Below are positions 11,620 to 25,695 of a stretch of DNA of 64,000 nt, piece after piece. The notes under the pieces are model-generated. The model searched no databases and had not been told where the DNA came from. It saw nothing but the letters and a program-made list of their open reading frames with translations. Source of the stretch: Lama glama (taxonomy: Eukaryota); contig CM052816.1 of NCBI GenBank assembly GCA_028534125.1, positions 31,994,001 through 32,058,000 on the forward strand, read 5' to 3'. The position numbers and the translations under genes are program-made. Position 1 is the stretch's first letter. Each line of letters opens with the position of its first letter.

Positions 11620-11828
11620 TCATCAGGATGGCCCAGTGCTGCCAGACCTTCTGAGAGCTGAAGAAAAGTTAGAAATATATATATATCTTTGATGAAAGTT
11701 CCTGATTTTAAAATATTGAGCACGTTGTAATTTGTTTTGAAAACACTGGACCACCCAACATTGTGAGGGCAGAAAAACCCCACTTCTTGTGTTGAATATG
11801 GTCCACGAGCTGCCAGTATGCAACTCGT
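11620..11828. mobile_element. MER45-like hAT DNA transposon remnant
   Basis: The terminus GGTCCACGAGCTGCCAGTATGCAACTC resembles the MER45 end; the inner boundary is uncertain. Confidence 0.4.
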
Positions 11829-14800
11829 TTTAAAAGGAATCCATGTTCCATCTTAGAGCCAAGATATCATTAAAATAATGAATCCAAATAACTAACTAAG
11901 GAACTGTATTTTGAAAGAAAGCATACTAGATGAGGTCATATGTTAATCTGTATTCCCAGGTAAATCTTCATGAGCCTTATTTGGTTCATATAATCAAGCA
12001 ATGCTTGAAGAATGGGAAGGATTAGGAGCAGTACAAGAGCTCAAAAGACAAGACAAAACAAAACATGGTTGGTTGGAACCATCAGAGAAGGCTTCAAAGA
12101 AGAGGCATGCTTCAAGGATGGTTGGATTTGGAAAGACAGAGATGAGAGGGGAATTGTCTTGGGTAGAAGGCACCATGGAACCACAAGTCCTAAGAAAGAA
12201 ATTACAAGATGCTTCATTCTCCTTTGATGAGACTGGAACATCACAGAAGCAATGCTGGACAAAATAAATAAACGTTAACTCAAAACAAAATGAAGGAAAA
12301 CATGACTGCTTATGTACAGCCCTTAACTCTCCATATTAGGTCTGAGAGGCATGAAAAACTGAATTTATCTTGGGAGTGCAGAATTGGGTATTTGAGTAAG
12401 TTGTCTGAAAAGCTGACAATCTGAAAGGCATTGCATTAGTGCTCAGAGAATTTACTTAAACTATGTTCATGTGGATACACTTTCAGTTTCCTTCAGAAGA
12501 CTTGTCTTTCTTCATTTTTTTTTTTATTACCACCATATACTACCACTGCACTCGCAGATCACAAGCCTAATTGTGAATTTCATTTGTAAGCCTGGGATCT
12601 CAAACCTGGATTTTCTTCAAGAACTTAAAAGTTTCTTTGTCCATTGAGATCAATTCCTTGACACTTGCCATCTGTAGTTCTCAAAGGGCTTGGTGGTTTC
12701 AACATTAATTTGATTAGTCAGTAGACTAAATATTATGATTGTCTATCTGTTGATAGAGAATTTGGGTCTTCTAAGTATAAAGACTCTGGCTTTCTAATAT
12801 AACTTGATTACACATCTGTGTCTGCAGAGTTGTTTCCTGCAGCCTTCCCAGGCAAAGGCAGATGCGAGAGGGATGGTGGAGTTAGCTCATCTCCAGTCAG
12901 GGCTTCCCTGGAGAAGAGTATGCAAGTGTGGGAGGGGGTCCTGGAAGGATGCCAGCGGGGGCTTGCATAGGACTATCTGGAGGAAGAAAGTTGATTAAAA
13001 GTCCAGTTAAGTCAACTCAAAAGAATAATAAATCAGAAAGCTCATCAGGCTGGAGTTGCTGAGTGGGCCATGAGCCAAAGGATCAAAGTAAGGGTCAGAA
13101 ACAGGATGATTGGAAACAAAGCAGACTACGATTCACCCTGAGAATATGGAGACAGTGCCTGGCAGTATCTTAAGCACAGATCGGTGAGCGCAGCTGGACA
13201 GGGTCCTGGTGGTGACAGTACCAGAGCCTGGATGGATCCTTAGAACCTGATAGGAAGAAAATACTGTTAAGAGAAAATTTTGCAAGCACTAGATTGGGAG
13301 CATTGTTTTCCTAGTCTGCCAAATGAGATTTATGCTCTCTTGTGTCTGTGTGTCTGTGTGAAGGATAATATTCTCCCGATGCCATGTGCGTAAGGCAGCT
13401 TTAGGCTCATGCCTCTCCTGGGAACAGCCAGTTATCCCTCCACCTTTGCCAATCTATCCTCGGCGAATGGGCTGGTCGTCAGCACTGATCTGCCTGCAGG
13501 TGACATCTGAGGAGCACAAACAGCGGGAACAGAGCCCCAGAACACCCATCCTTCCTCGGAGGGGAAGGTATCTCACTTAGCACCCTCTGCAGGAAGGAAA
13601 CGCCCGTGGAGAGTTCCTTTCCATGTGCCCGAAGATCAGGCCAGAGGATCTGGGGAAACGCTTGCGATGGGAATGTGCCGTCCTATAAATTCAAGTTCAC
13701 TGATCAGGCTGAAAGAAAGCGGGAACAGTACGTGCCAAGTTTGCCTGTGCTCACAGAAGTGAGCCTTAGCTGTTTCCTGAAGATACGAGCTGGAACTCTC
13801 AGGGGTAAAGCTGACTGAGCTCACACATTTCACCCCTGGCCTACTTTGTTTATCTCGAGACCACTGAAGCATTCAGTCTAGACTGTACAGTATTTCCAGT
13901 ATCTCCTGTTACTTCTTTCCCAAGCATCTGGTTTTTCTCAGGCCCCATGTGACTCACCCTCCATGGCCCTGTGCTAAGATACAAGAACTCCTGTGTACTC
14001 TCCTACCCGAGCTTGGGTCACCAAAGACAACCACTGAAGTATGGGGCCTGTCCTGCAAGGTGACCTGTCAAACAGTACAAACTTGGATTTTCTTTATGGA
14101 CCGCGAGTTTAGGGCCTTTGAAGAGGACTTTATAGTGGACTTCATAACTCAGGGAAGGGAGCATGAGATCCTGTCCTGGAAACTGCCACAGGCCTGGCAT
14201 CTGGGAACTTCCTGACGTAAAAGCCCTGAAACCCCTGGGGGAACCTCAGTTCCCATACAAACTGGTTTTCAAGTCATTCCTGTCCATTGTATCATGGTGT
14301 TCATTGTTTTGGTTTTTCCTCACTTCTGCAATGTATAAAAACCCACTCATCCAGAAGGATTTATTGAGTACCTGTAACAACAGTGCTAAGCTAACTGCTT
14401 TGGTGAAGGCATCCGATCTCCAGAAGCACATCACTGAGATGAGATAATAAAAAATAATCCGTATAAAGGAACACTGAGTAACACAACATGGTGTGTCATG
14501 AAAGTCTTCACATGAGTGGTAGACAAGTTCTGTGAAAATGGAGCCCAAAGGGAGAGTAATAGGTGCTTCTGAGTAGAATAAATTTATAGTAGATTTCATA
14601 GGATGGGTAGAAATTGAATGGTGGATGGATAATAAAGACTTTTATGCACAAAAAATTATCTGAATTTTTTCAGGTAGGTAGAAATAGTGAGCTAAGTAAA
14701 GCATAGGACCACAGACCAGATAGGGTTTATTTATTGTGTTGTCTCATCATCTTGAATTACCTTTTTATATGATGCAAGATAAGGAATTTGATTTCTATTT

Positions 14801-16501
14801 GATACAGATTCAGATAATCCCTAGGTGCTTACTTACATCTGCCTAAGGTGTAAGGGTGACACTCCCAGTTCTGATGAACTTTGGCCAAAACACCATATGC
14901 TCCTTCGAAGTCACATCATTTTTTCAGCCAACATTGTGCTGGATGTTGTCTGTGACCAGATCCATTTCCACCCCAGGCTTTGCCTAGTCTTTGACAGTCC
15001 ACTTGCATGCAAAATTTGCTTCCCTTGCCTTATGAATGGTCAAGTCAGATAAGTTCCAATTCATAAATATATATGGATATTTATGAAATATTTATGACTA
15101 TGCAATTCATATTCATCTTGGGTTTCAGAAAGTCTTGGTGTCCCTCTATTAATTGTTCTATTTCAAATTAAGAAATAATAAACGGCCCAATAACTGACAT
15201 CCAGAGGAGATATACCAGCTGCATCAGAAAAACTGAGGCCAGAAATAGACTGGTCCCGCTGACTCCCGCAGAGACCTGCCAAGGGGTTGATGCCACCTCA
15301 CTGTTGAAGACAGGTACCGGGAAAGATAGCCATGATGGGAACTATGCAAACATTGAGGACCAGAGAATGCTTTATATGGGTAGTGATGTGCTTATTCAGA
15401 GCTGCAGGGGTTGGCCCAGTTGGTCATAGGGAAGTTGATAGTCTTCAAAGAGCACACCCAAAGCTCTGCACTTGGACAGCCTCCCCTTAAAACATGTTCT
15501 GAGCTGTACCTGATGGCTCCCAGTTATAATCAAACCTTTATTGTGCACAAGTTTGGATGTTAGAGAACTCATATCCAGGCATGGCCACAGGGAAGAGAAA
15601 GAGGAATTATGTAAATAAGGACGTGATAGCTTCAACAAGCCCCACGAGGCTGCATCCAAAAACAGGGTAGGATTTATAGGAAGGTGTTTGGAACTCTACT
15701 GTAGAAAATGGGCATAGTAGGGCAGGATTTGGAGTCTGGACGAGAGCCAGATATTCTGGTCCAAAAGTGAGCAGTTTTATCTGTCACAAGTAAGACAAGT
15801 CCCATTGGGTATCATTTGTCCCTTGGCTATATTAGAAAACCCCCATAAAAGGGACAGCATTTGAACCATTGTGACATTTCTGGTACCCTTAGTTTCACAA
15901 AAGAGGAAGCACTGTCCTGTGGTCAATGGGTAAAATTTTAAAATGCCAGACCTGATTCTAGGAGTGAGATATAAACATTCTTTTAGTGTATATATCTTGT
16001 TCTATTGCATTAAGTGTTATGTAAAGTCTAGAACACGGGCACTCCCTAAAGTGAGAGTCACTGTGAGATGCAGCTTAGAGATTGGAGGGCTCTGGGAGAA
16101 CGCCAGAGGGTAGAGTTCTCCTGGATAAGCAGTACTGCCATCAGTCATTTGACTGCCAGGGACACTGCCAGGGAATGAGTAGTAACGAGTATAAGAAGCG
16201 AAGAGCATGTGATTTACCACATCAACAAATCTGTTTGCTACATGGTGAGCACTGAGATAGGCACTAAAGATACAGAGATGAATGGTCCTTGCTCTCAAGA
16301 ACTTACAGACTAATGCAGGTGATAGGCGGTAATTCAAACAAGTACTTGTGTTGGTACATGTGTGGGATGAAATGGAAACACTTAGGAGGGGGCTATCCCA
16401 GGATTTTCTATGGATAGCATGTGTGGGTGGGTGGGTTACGTCATAGGAATTAAACCCATGGAGAACTGTCTCTCAATACCATCTCTTTCTGTCCTCTAGG
16501 G

Positions 16502-16696
16502 CAGGGATTGGCAAACTATGACCTGGAGGCAAAATCTGGCCCACCTCCAGTTTTTGTAAATAAAAGTTTATTGGACCACAGCTCTACACATTCATGTATC
16601 TGTTGTCTTTGGCTGTGTTAGTACTACAATGGCAGACATAACTAGCTTCAACAGAGATTGTAGGGCCAGGTTATGGAAAAAGTTTGCAAACCTCTG
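16502..16696. mobile_element. MER58A-like hAT-Charlie DNA transposon
   Basis: TIR-like ends CAGGGATTGGCAAACT and AGTTTGCAAACCTCTG; 8-bp TSD CTCTAGGG at 16494-16501 and 16697-16704. Confidence 0.85.
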
Positions 16697-16704
16697 CTCT
16701 AGGG

Positions 16705-17533
16705 TAGGGTCTTTGTCCACCTGACTGAAGCTGGCTGGCGAGCACCACATCTACAATTCAGTGTAAAGGAAAAAGGAAAAGAGAAATAAGAGCTAAACAA
16801 ATTGCTTAAAGAATATGACCTTGAAGTTGACTTCTGTTCACTTCTCACTAGCCAGAATTTAGTTACATGTTTTACAAAGAATTTCCAGAATTCTCCTAGT
16901 TTCGATGATACACAAATACTCACAGGACTTACCATATAGTTAGATTCATAGCCCAGATTTACTGCAAGAAAAGGATACAAAGAAAAATCAGCAAAAGGAA
17001 AAGGCCCATTGGGTGAAGTCCAGAGAAAATCAGCTGCAAGCTTCCAAAGGTAATTTCCCAGTCGAGTCACATAGGATGCACTTAATTCCTCCATGAACAA
17101 ACTGTGGGAACGTGTACGAAATGCTCTCTGCCAGGAAAGCGATCTGAGACTCAGTACCCAGGGTTTTTACTGGGGCTGGTCATGTCACTTCCTATCTGAG
17201 GATGTACCAAAATTCCAGACTTCCAGAAGGAAAGCAAGAGTTTAGCAGAGACTTTATATTTTTATACAGTTTAGGTATAGTGATTCTATCAGGGACTGGT
17301 GGTAACTCCTGAAATTCAAGTTCCCGGATGCCAGCCAAGGGTCAGCCTTCAAAGTGGGGCTTTCTAAGGATAGAAATCACAGGCCCACCATGATAATCCC
17401 TTACTGCACACATGCCTATCCTGGGCTGCAATGGAAGCTGGGGAATGTAGCCCAGCTAAACTTGGCAGGCTTTTTGATTATTAAGAGAAAAATGAAGACT
17501 GGATACTGTGAATAATTAGTAGTCCTTGCCACA
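16705..17533 (-). mobile_element. MLT1 (J/K-type) LTR split by a MER21-like LTR
   Basis: The MLT1 motif GCCAGAATTTAGTTACATG resumes after the insert as CCTATCCTGGGCTGCAATGGAAGCTGGGGAATGTAG and ends ...CTTGCCACA. Confidence 0.6.
16868..17410 (-). mobile_element. MER21-family LTR
   Basis: GAAAAGGATACAAAGAAAAATCAGCAAAAGGAAAAGG...CCCAGTCGAGTCACATAGGATGCACTTAATTCCTCC, ending ...TACTGCACA. Confidence 0.75.
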
Positions 17534-17556
17534 CCGGGGAAGGAAAGGGACCAGGG

Positions 17557-17700
17557 TAGGGTTTCTCCATCCTGGAACCACTGACGTTTAGGGCTTCAGA
17601 ATTCTTTGTTGTGGGAGGCTGTCCTGTACTTGTCGGTAGCACCCCGCTCAGTCCTGACAATCAAAAATGCCTCCAGACACTGCTTAATGTGCTCTGAGGT
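17557..17700. mobile_element. MER20 DNA transposon fragment
   Basis: GGTTTCTCCATCCTGGAACCACTGACGTTT...ATTCTTTGTTGTGGGAGGCTGTCCTGT...GACAATCAAAAATGCCTCCAGACA. Confidence 0.75.
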
Positions 17701-17704
17701 CCAA

Positions 17705-18370
17705 GCCAGTGTGTGAAGGCTAGAGAAACCAGGCCTTGTTTAGGAAACCATAAGTAATTGGTCACAGTTTGAGTATCAAGCGAAAGGGGAAGGATGGCAA
17801 GAAGTAAGGTGAAGAAGGCACAACATTATAAAGCAGGTCGTCTGTGATAATAAGGGGTTTGGATTTTTTAAAGAACAGTCTAAAAGATATGAGGAGTTAC
17901 CAAAATATATTTAAGCCCAAGGATCAGATACATATTTTCCGAAAGCCAGTTTGACCTACAACTGGAGAATTAATTGGAAGGCAAGAGTCTGGAGTCAGAG
18001 AGACTAATCAGGAGGATATGTCACTTATTCAGGTAAGAAATTTTAAGGAACAAAATGAAGACGTGGGGGTTGCAAATAAAAAGGGAAGGATTTGAGAAAT
18101 ATCATACAACGAGAAAAGAGGACTTGGTGATTGGTTGAAGGTGAGAATGTCTCCCAGAGTTTTGCTTTGGGCACCTGGGTAAGTAGGTTACCATTCACTG
18201 AGATAACAAAGTCAAAAGAAGGAGAGTAATGTAAGGGGAAAGGTGATGACATCAGTTTTTGACTGGCTGAGTTTGAAGTGACTGCTGGACTTCCAACAGG
18301 AGATTGTTGATGTATGATGAATAATTTGATAGGCTGGATTTGCGTAAGTGGGAAGGGGGAGATGAAACTT
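17705..18370 (-). mobile_element. L2 LINE fragment
   Basis: Antisense L2 motifs such as GGACTTGGTGATTGGTTG...CCATTCACTGAGATA...GAGTTTGAAGTG. Confidence 0.65.
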
Positions 18371-19519
18371 GCACATATAATCAACTATTGGTAATATTTC
18401 TTTCCTTACTGAATTAAAAAAAAACCCCAATAGCTTACCATCAAATTTGTATCAAACAACAATTCTATTAGGCTTTTTAGGTGCTTCTAATTCGTCATTT
18501 ATTCATATGGGTCTTAAAATATTGCAAATTACTAGTTACCCCAAAATTTTCACTTCTTCCTGGACTAGGAGCCATTTCTCAGGCACAGCAACTATTCTGG
18601 CTTTAGTAATTGTTTCCTGCTATGAGAACTTAGGATCTACTGGCATTCAGTGGCCTCATGTAGAAACAATCTTTGCAGAAACTGAAGTACAAAAACTTAG
18701 GTACAGATACAGCAACTACTATTCTGGAGTTAAAATGACTTAACCAGACGACATTTCGTGCTGGTGACTGACTATAGCTTCCCAATCTGCAGTAGAAGGT
18801 ATACTGTGTCTGGCAGAGAAGTTAAATTTGCATCCTGTCAGGCAAGACATGCATCATGTGATTGAATTAGTTGGAGATTAGTTACTTTAATTAGTAATCA
18901 AGGCACAAGATGCTAAACATAAGAGCACTGATTCTGAGCCCTGCATACCTCAGTCCATAATAATAAGGGAACGTTCTTGTATACATTCCTTCCAGAGTTT
19001 GATATGACAGTCAACAGTGGGATAAAATTCAGGTCCCTGTCTTTAATGACTCGAACACAGATATTGCTGTTGAAAGGAAGAGATATGTTGAGTGTTGTTT
19101 CTTCATTTGTTTAGCAAGATTTGACATGTGGTGAGCCAGAATAGAAATTTGAAGAGTTGAATCAAGACGTGTTGAGGGAACTTTGGGTGAAAGAAGTGAT
19201 AAAAGAAGCAGGTCTGGATATACAACATTATGCTCCAGATGGAAACTTAAAAAAAAAAAAACTTCTGAGGATTGCCTGTTTTGATAAGCTGACTGGTAAA
19301 TTCAGTTACTCTTAGGAAAGACTTTTAAAAATACACAGGATACACAGAAAGGATATCATAACTCTAAACAATGACCATTGTCCTTTTTTGTTTGTTTCCA
19401 TAGTGCTAAGTGCTGACAGACAGCCTTGGAAACTTGAGCTGGGAAAATTAAAGAAGGTGATGGAGAGTAGAGTGGGGTTTGCACCAAGTCCCAAAATGCC
19501 AAGTCTTCCAAGTCCTTTT

Positions 19520-19812
19520 TTTTCCCTCAGGAGGTCACTATATTTTTATTTTATTTATTTTCTTAAAATTGAAGAATAGTCAGTTTATGCATCAGTTTCT
19601 GGTATACAGCATAATGTTTCAATCCTACATATACATACATATATTCCTTTTCATATTCTTTTTCATTATAGGCAATTACAAGGTATCGAATATTGTTCCC
19701 TGTGCTATACAGTAGGACCTTGTTGTTTATCTGTCTTTCTTATAGTAGATGGTATCTGCAAACCTCAAACTTCCAATTTATCCTTTCCCACACTCTCCCA
19801 CTCTGGTAACCG
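19520..19812 (-). mobile_element. Lineage-specific L1 3' end
   Basis: Antisense L1 tail (TTTCTGGTATACAGCATAATG...GTTCCCTGTGCTATACAGTAGGACCTTGTTG); AGTCCTTTT direct repeats at 19511-19519 and 19813-19821. Confidence 0.85.
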
Positions 19813-20475
19813 AGTCCTTTTGATTCTTGTTGACTGTACTTTTCAGTGCTGGTAAAGGCTAGGGAATGTACTACAGATCAGTTAATAAGAAGGATGAACA
19901 GATTTTATTAAGCTAGGAGACATTGATATTTGTAGATCTCTTCTTTGATTTAAAAAAATAGTCATTCTTCAAAATGTCTGCTGAGTAATAATGCAGACAT
20001 GGCACCATCCCAAGCACTAGAGCTTTGTCCCTAATATTGCCATATCTTAAGCATGAGCCAGTTGAATATTCTTGGATCACCCATAAGAGCCAAGATTTCA
20101 TTTATTGCTATAAGATCCTCCTCTTCCACCAGCCATACTTGCTAATTCCTAAAGGTTTATTCATTATTTTTGAATGTATACCAGGTCTTTCCCTTCCTTG
20201 TGCCTGTGTTCACCTATTTTACCTTAGGAATTTTTGAGGACAGTAAATTTTGATGGCCCTTGGGATCTATCAACTCCCATTTAATGCATTAGGGTTGCAT
20301 TTGGGCCCGTACTTCCCAAAGACAGAGGTCTGGACCTCATGTCTGTCAAAATCCAGATCCCATATTTCTATATCCCATTTTCAGATTAGCCTACTGCCAT
20401 TTTTTTAAAATGTATAAAGTCACTAAGCTACCAATGACTGTTGCTCTTGGAAAGGGTTCCACCTTCCCATATTTA

Positions 20476-20969
20476 CAAATCTTCCTTGATTTATGATGAG
20501 GTTATATTCCATTAAACCCATTATAAGTTGAAAATACTGTAAGTTGACAATGCATTTAGTACATTTAACCTACCGACCATCACAGCTTATCCTGGCTTAA
20601 CTTCAAGGTGCTCCGAACACTTACATAAGCCTGCAGGTGGGCAAAAGCATCTAACACAAAGATTATTTTATAATAAGGTGTTGAATATCTCACAGAGTTC
20701 ATTGTATACTGCACTGAAAGTGAAAACCAGAAAGCTAGAATGGGTACAGAATGGTCCTAAGTGTACCAGTTCTTTCTCTTCATGATCTCATGGCTGACTG
20801 GGAGCTGCCACCACTCAGCATCATGAGAAGATATCGTTCCACATGTTGCTGGCCTGCGGAAAGGTCAAAACTCAAAACTCAAAGTATAGTTTCTACCGAA
20901 CATGCATCGCTTTTGCACCATTAAGTCGAAAAATTGTAAGTTGATCCATTGTAAGTCAAGAACTATTGG
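20476..20969. mobile_element. MER47/Tigger5-type TcMar DNA transposon
   Basis: Close match to the recalled MER47 consensus (AAACCCATTATAAGTTGAAAATAC...TTTTGCACCATTAAGTCGAAAAATTGTAAG); flanked by TA on both sides. Confidence 0.85.
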
Positions 20970-21564
20970 TATTTTCCTTCTTTTGTTCCTACTATATTTA
21001 TTAAACACTACGCAAGGCATTAGGAATCTGTGAGCTTTGTCAATCAGAGTCCAAAAAGGAAAAAGAAGGCACACATACATTGGATAATTAAAAGAAAGTA
21101 TCATAAAATGACTCTTTACAAATTATGTCAGAGAGTCAAACAGAGGGAAAGCATCAGGGACAGCGCTGTTCCCTGGGGCCATTAGCAGTGGTGGGAAATT
21201 CATCATCACCACTACAAAGGAGAGGTGAGAGGAGCGAAACTGAGGCAGAGAGAGCTGTGTCAAGAGAGCCGACTGACGAGAAGCTGTGACCTTCAGTTAA
21301 AGGAAGCCGTCAGCCCTTATTGACCTTGCAGGAAGGGTATTAGGAAGAAATAAACATCTCAGATCACACTCTCCTCACATCCATCTCCTTCTGGTGCCTT
21401 CTATCAATTAATCTTCACAGGATACTGCTGATATTATCACAATACAGACCCACTTCTTAGGACCCAGCAGTGAGAGAATGCAGGGGAATGGATCTCAAGG
21501 GGGAAAGGAAGATACCTAACCCACTTTGGATGAGTAAGATGGATTTTCCTCCTAGGAGCCTGCA

Positions 21565-21765
21565 ACAGTGCTTCCCATACTTCAGCAGATGTGAGAATCA
21601 CACAGCAGTGGCGGGGTGGTGCTTGTTAAAATACAGATTCTTGGGCCCTATCCTCCAGCAATTCTGATTCAGTAGGTCCAGAATGAGGTGAGAAAATTAG
21701 CATTTCTAACACATTCCCAGTGTTGCGCCGCTGCTGTTCTACAGATCACACTTTGTGTGGCACTG
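21565..21765. mobile_element. MER5A-type hAT-Charlie element
   Basis: CTTGTTAAAATACAGATTCTTGGGCCC...TTCTGATTCAGTAGGTCC...GCATTTCTAACA. Confidence 0.8.
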
Positions 21766-22599
21766 GTCTGACATTTTGAGATAAGGTGATTCCCAGTCCT
21801 AAGGAATGGAGGTGTAATAGCAGAGAATCAACTCTATGGCAATACCTAAAAAGGTATTTTTGCCACTTGCTTAGCACACTATTGCCAAGCCTGCTTTCAA
21901 GGCAAGCTGATCTTGACTAGAAGTCATCAAAGAAGACAGTTAAGAATCTGCAAGTAAGAATGTAAGAATGGTCATGGGTTTCACTTTTCCCCTCCTGAGT
22001 AAAGATTCCTCTTTAAAGAAGCTATCGCCTCACTCAAAGTAAGCTGGAGACATTTTATTTCCAGGCTAACCTGTGTAGAGACACCATTTTTACTACTGAA
22101 ATACATATGTTATTAAATTTTTTTAACTAAAAAAGAGAATGGAACTCAGATGATTTCATTTTTAACATTTTTCTGTAATAATTTTTATAATAAGGGAACT
22201 TCTAAACTACAAAAGAAAAACAAACAACAAAACAGATACAGTAAGCACACAGGGAAGCATGGGAACTTCTCTCCCAAATATTCTTGGATAAGAGTCAAAT
22301 TTCTTCTTATTTGCTACTCTTTCCTTAGCATTATTCTACGAGGGTAATGTACAGTTGACCAACAATAATGAGGTAATTGGCTCATGGATCAAGTCATCGA
22401 GGAAGAGGAGCTGGCCTTTGGCTTAGAGTGAAAGAGAGAATCAAAGTGTATGAACTGAAATACCTGCTCAGATCAATTCCTTTGTTACAAACATAAACTG
22501 ATGTCTCACTCCAAATGGTCTTCTTATCTCCCCTAAGCTGTTCCCATTTCTGTCCTTTAACAGTCAAGCTTTTCCCTGGAGTAGATGAACCCACTGTCT

Positions 22600-24185
22600 C
22601 ATTTCTTTACATGTCATCCACTCATTGCCCATGGACCTCTGACTCCCAGCTCTTCCAACTGCACTGACACAAGTTGACTTGGTTATCTGATCTCTCAGCA
22701 GCATTCAAGGCAGTGCACCTCTCTGTCACCTCATTGGTTTCTGTGGCATTACTTTCTTCTGGGTGCCTCCTCTGTCCCTGATGATTCTTTCTTATAATCC
22801 CAGTAAATCTGTTGTATCATGTGGCTCAGTCTTTACTCAGAGACTTTCCCAAAGATGTCCAGAGCAACAACTAAAAACAATTTAGCCTTTGACCCTACAA
22901 GAATATTAAAGGGAATCTAATTCAGCCACACGTATCAAAGATTCCTATCACACAGATTTTCTTAAACCTCACTGCTGGTATGGAGCCTCTCGTCCCCTAG
23001 TCTCCAAAATCCTCTTCCTGAGCTCCAGATATGAGACTCTTTTTCTTTATTCTGCCATACTCTTCTTCCACTCATCTCTTTATTGTATAGGTTTATTTGC
23101 CCTTTCTGCTTTCTGCTTTTCTTACTAATTTGGAAGTGGGGAGAAGCAAGAAATGAGGGGCCAAATAACAGGTTTCTTCCTAAAGCATGGGTGAGAAATG
23201 GAGGAAAAGTGATGTATGGGGTGATGACTCACACACAAGTACTTTTGTTCCACGACATGCTGACTCTTTAATTGGCCCCTCTTGCTCTGCCTTCCCCTGA
23301 AATTCTGGCATCATCCCAAGTTTCCATGATTGCATTGTCTTGCTGGTTTTTATCAGTGACTCCTGTGGTTCTCTCTCTGAATGGAAATTGTGAACCAATT
23401 TTTTTTTCTTTTGCTCACCATGTACTAGACATCTCCACTTGGATAACATACAGACTCCTCCATATTCAACGTTCTCCAAATGGCACTGATCATCTCCACA
23501 TACGCTTCTCCCCTAATGTTCCTACTGTAATTGCTCCGTATTGCCCAGTCCTGGAAGCTTAGTATCATGCTTGATCCGACCCCCTTCTTTCATATGCCAT
23601 CTCAAATCAATCACCAAGTCTTGAGTTATTCAATTCCAAAAATCTTTCAAATTCACTGCTCTTTCCCCATCTCTATACTTCTGCTCTAAGTTAATACATC
23701 TTAAATTATATATGTAATAAGCATTAATATATCTTCCCTAAACTATTTCAACATCACCCTGAATGTTCACCTGCCTACAGACCAGTTGTTCTCAAATCAA
23801 ATTCCTTCATCACTGACGAAATGACCTATCTAAAATGCTAATCTTACCTTGCTATTGTGTACTCTGCTATTTAAAATCCATCAGTGTTTCACCTATTACT
23901 TAAAAGATCTGGATCCTTTAAGATCTGAGCTCTACCTGCCTCCCTCTCTATGCTGCAACTCTGAAAGGTCTGCAGACCCTCACAAGTCTACCTCTATGCC
24001 TTGTCTTGTACTTGTCTCTCTCTCTCTGAACTGCCCTCCTTTCTCCACTGGTTAGTGCCAAACTCATCACTTGACCTTGCTAGACTGAGCTGAAAGACCC
24101 AACTTGGTGTTGCTGATCTAATAGCAGGGGATTCATCACATTGTATTTTCCCGTCTGCTTACTGCCTGTCCCAAGGATGAATTTC
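22600..24185 (+). mobile_element. Discontinuous L2 fragments
   Basis: Sense L2 motifs: TCTCAGCAGCATTCAA..., CTAGACATCTCCACTTGGAT..., TCAAATCAATCACCAAGTC. Confidence 0.6.
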
Positions 24186-24512
24186 TCATAAGTGTTTTGA
24201 GGACTGTCAGAGGTAAAATCCAAGTTCAGTTGCACTGGGAGAAAAAGTCACTGGACTGGAAATCACAAGAACTCGGGGTGAAGTCTAAATCAGCTATTGT
24301 TCTGCTGTGAAATCTTAGACAAGTCACTCTCTTTCTCTGGTCCATCTTGCAGAGCAGAGGCATAGCCCACATAACTCTAATCTACCATGCCCTGATTCCT
24401 CTCTACACCTTCCCACGTATTTAGACAGCAGATCCTCTTATGCTCACATACTGCCCTTTCCAACCCCCCTCCCCATTCCTCTGCTTCCTTTCCCAGGGAT
24501 TTATATAAAACA

Positions 24513-24835
24513 TTTGTTCTCAAAACCCTGGCTTCTCTGTGGCACTTTACAAAATACAGATGGCTGGCGCTACTCCAAGGGATTCTGACTTTACTGGTCT
24601 AACTTAGTACTCCAGCATTGGTATTTTTAAAAAGCATTCCAGATGATTCCAATGTGCAGTCAAGATTAGCAACCACTAACATCAAACAGTGATTTTTTAA
24701 ATTTGATCCTGGGACCAGCAGGATCAGCATCACCTGGGAAATTGTTAGAAATGCAAATTCTCAGGCTCCAACCCAGACCTACAAAATTAGAGACTTCAGT
24801 CTCTATAGGTGACTCTGAAGCACTCTATAAATTAC
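24513..24835. mobile_element. Adjacent MER5B and MER5A elements
   Basis: AAAATACAGATGGCTGG...GATGATTCCAATGTGCAGTCAAG, then GGACCAGCAGGATCAGCATCACCTGGGAAATTGTTAGAAATGCAAATTCTCAGG. Confidence 0.75.
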
Positions 24836-25695
24836 TGCCTCTCTCTGAACTCTTCCCTTTCAAACTCATCAAACAGAAATTAGAGGTCACTACTAGAGCT
24901 TCAGAGCATCATACTCCCGGTGTTTATCTTTCAGATGACCCACCAAACAACCAAAAGTTGTCTATGCTACCCTTATATCTTCCAAGGAGGGAGACTCGTT
25001 GGCTGGATCAGGCTGACATGTTAAAAAAAAAATTCCGTTAGGGCATGGAATGGAATGGTGGAATTTATCTTGGAGAGCAGTGGGGCACATCTCTGGATGG
25101 GATACAGAATGGGAGTGAAAATCAAGCACAGATGTTGCCAACATGGGCAGGACTCTTGGAAGCAGGCTCACTGGAATTGTCTATAGGGTTGTCTTTTTCT
25201 TTCTTTCATATAGATCTGTGATTTCCAACCCTTTCTCACAGGTTCTGGAATGAAATATATGGTCCTACTTGAGGTTACCGGTCAGCCAACATCTAGGAAA
25301 TATTCTAGATTCATGTCCTGGGAAATAGAACACTAGCTTTCGACCCATACAACTTGACTATTGGAATTTGCATCAGCATTGGTAATATTTCAGCTTCATA
25401 ATAAGTTTGTTTAACCTTATTCTTATCCTTTTAAGAGAGAGGCAGACAATAGCAGCATGAACTAGTTTCACCACTTTCAACCCATTCTGCCTACATGAGA
25501 GGCAGTCAGTCTCTATGGGGTTTAGAGATAAATTCCAACCCTAATGTTTCTTTTTTATTTGTCCAAGCAATCTCTCTTTCTTAAATTATGGAGCTCTAGA
25601 AATGTATTTATTCAATCATTAATTAATTCTTGAACAAAATGTTTCCAGTCAAAAGTAATATATTTGTTTTATACTTATCATATTTTAAATTATAT

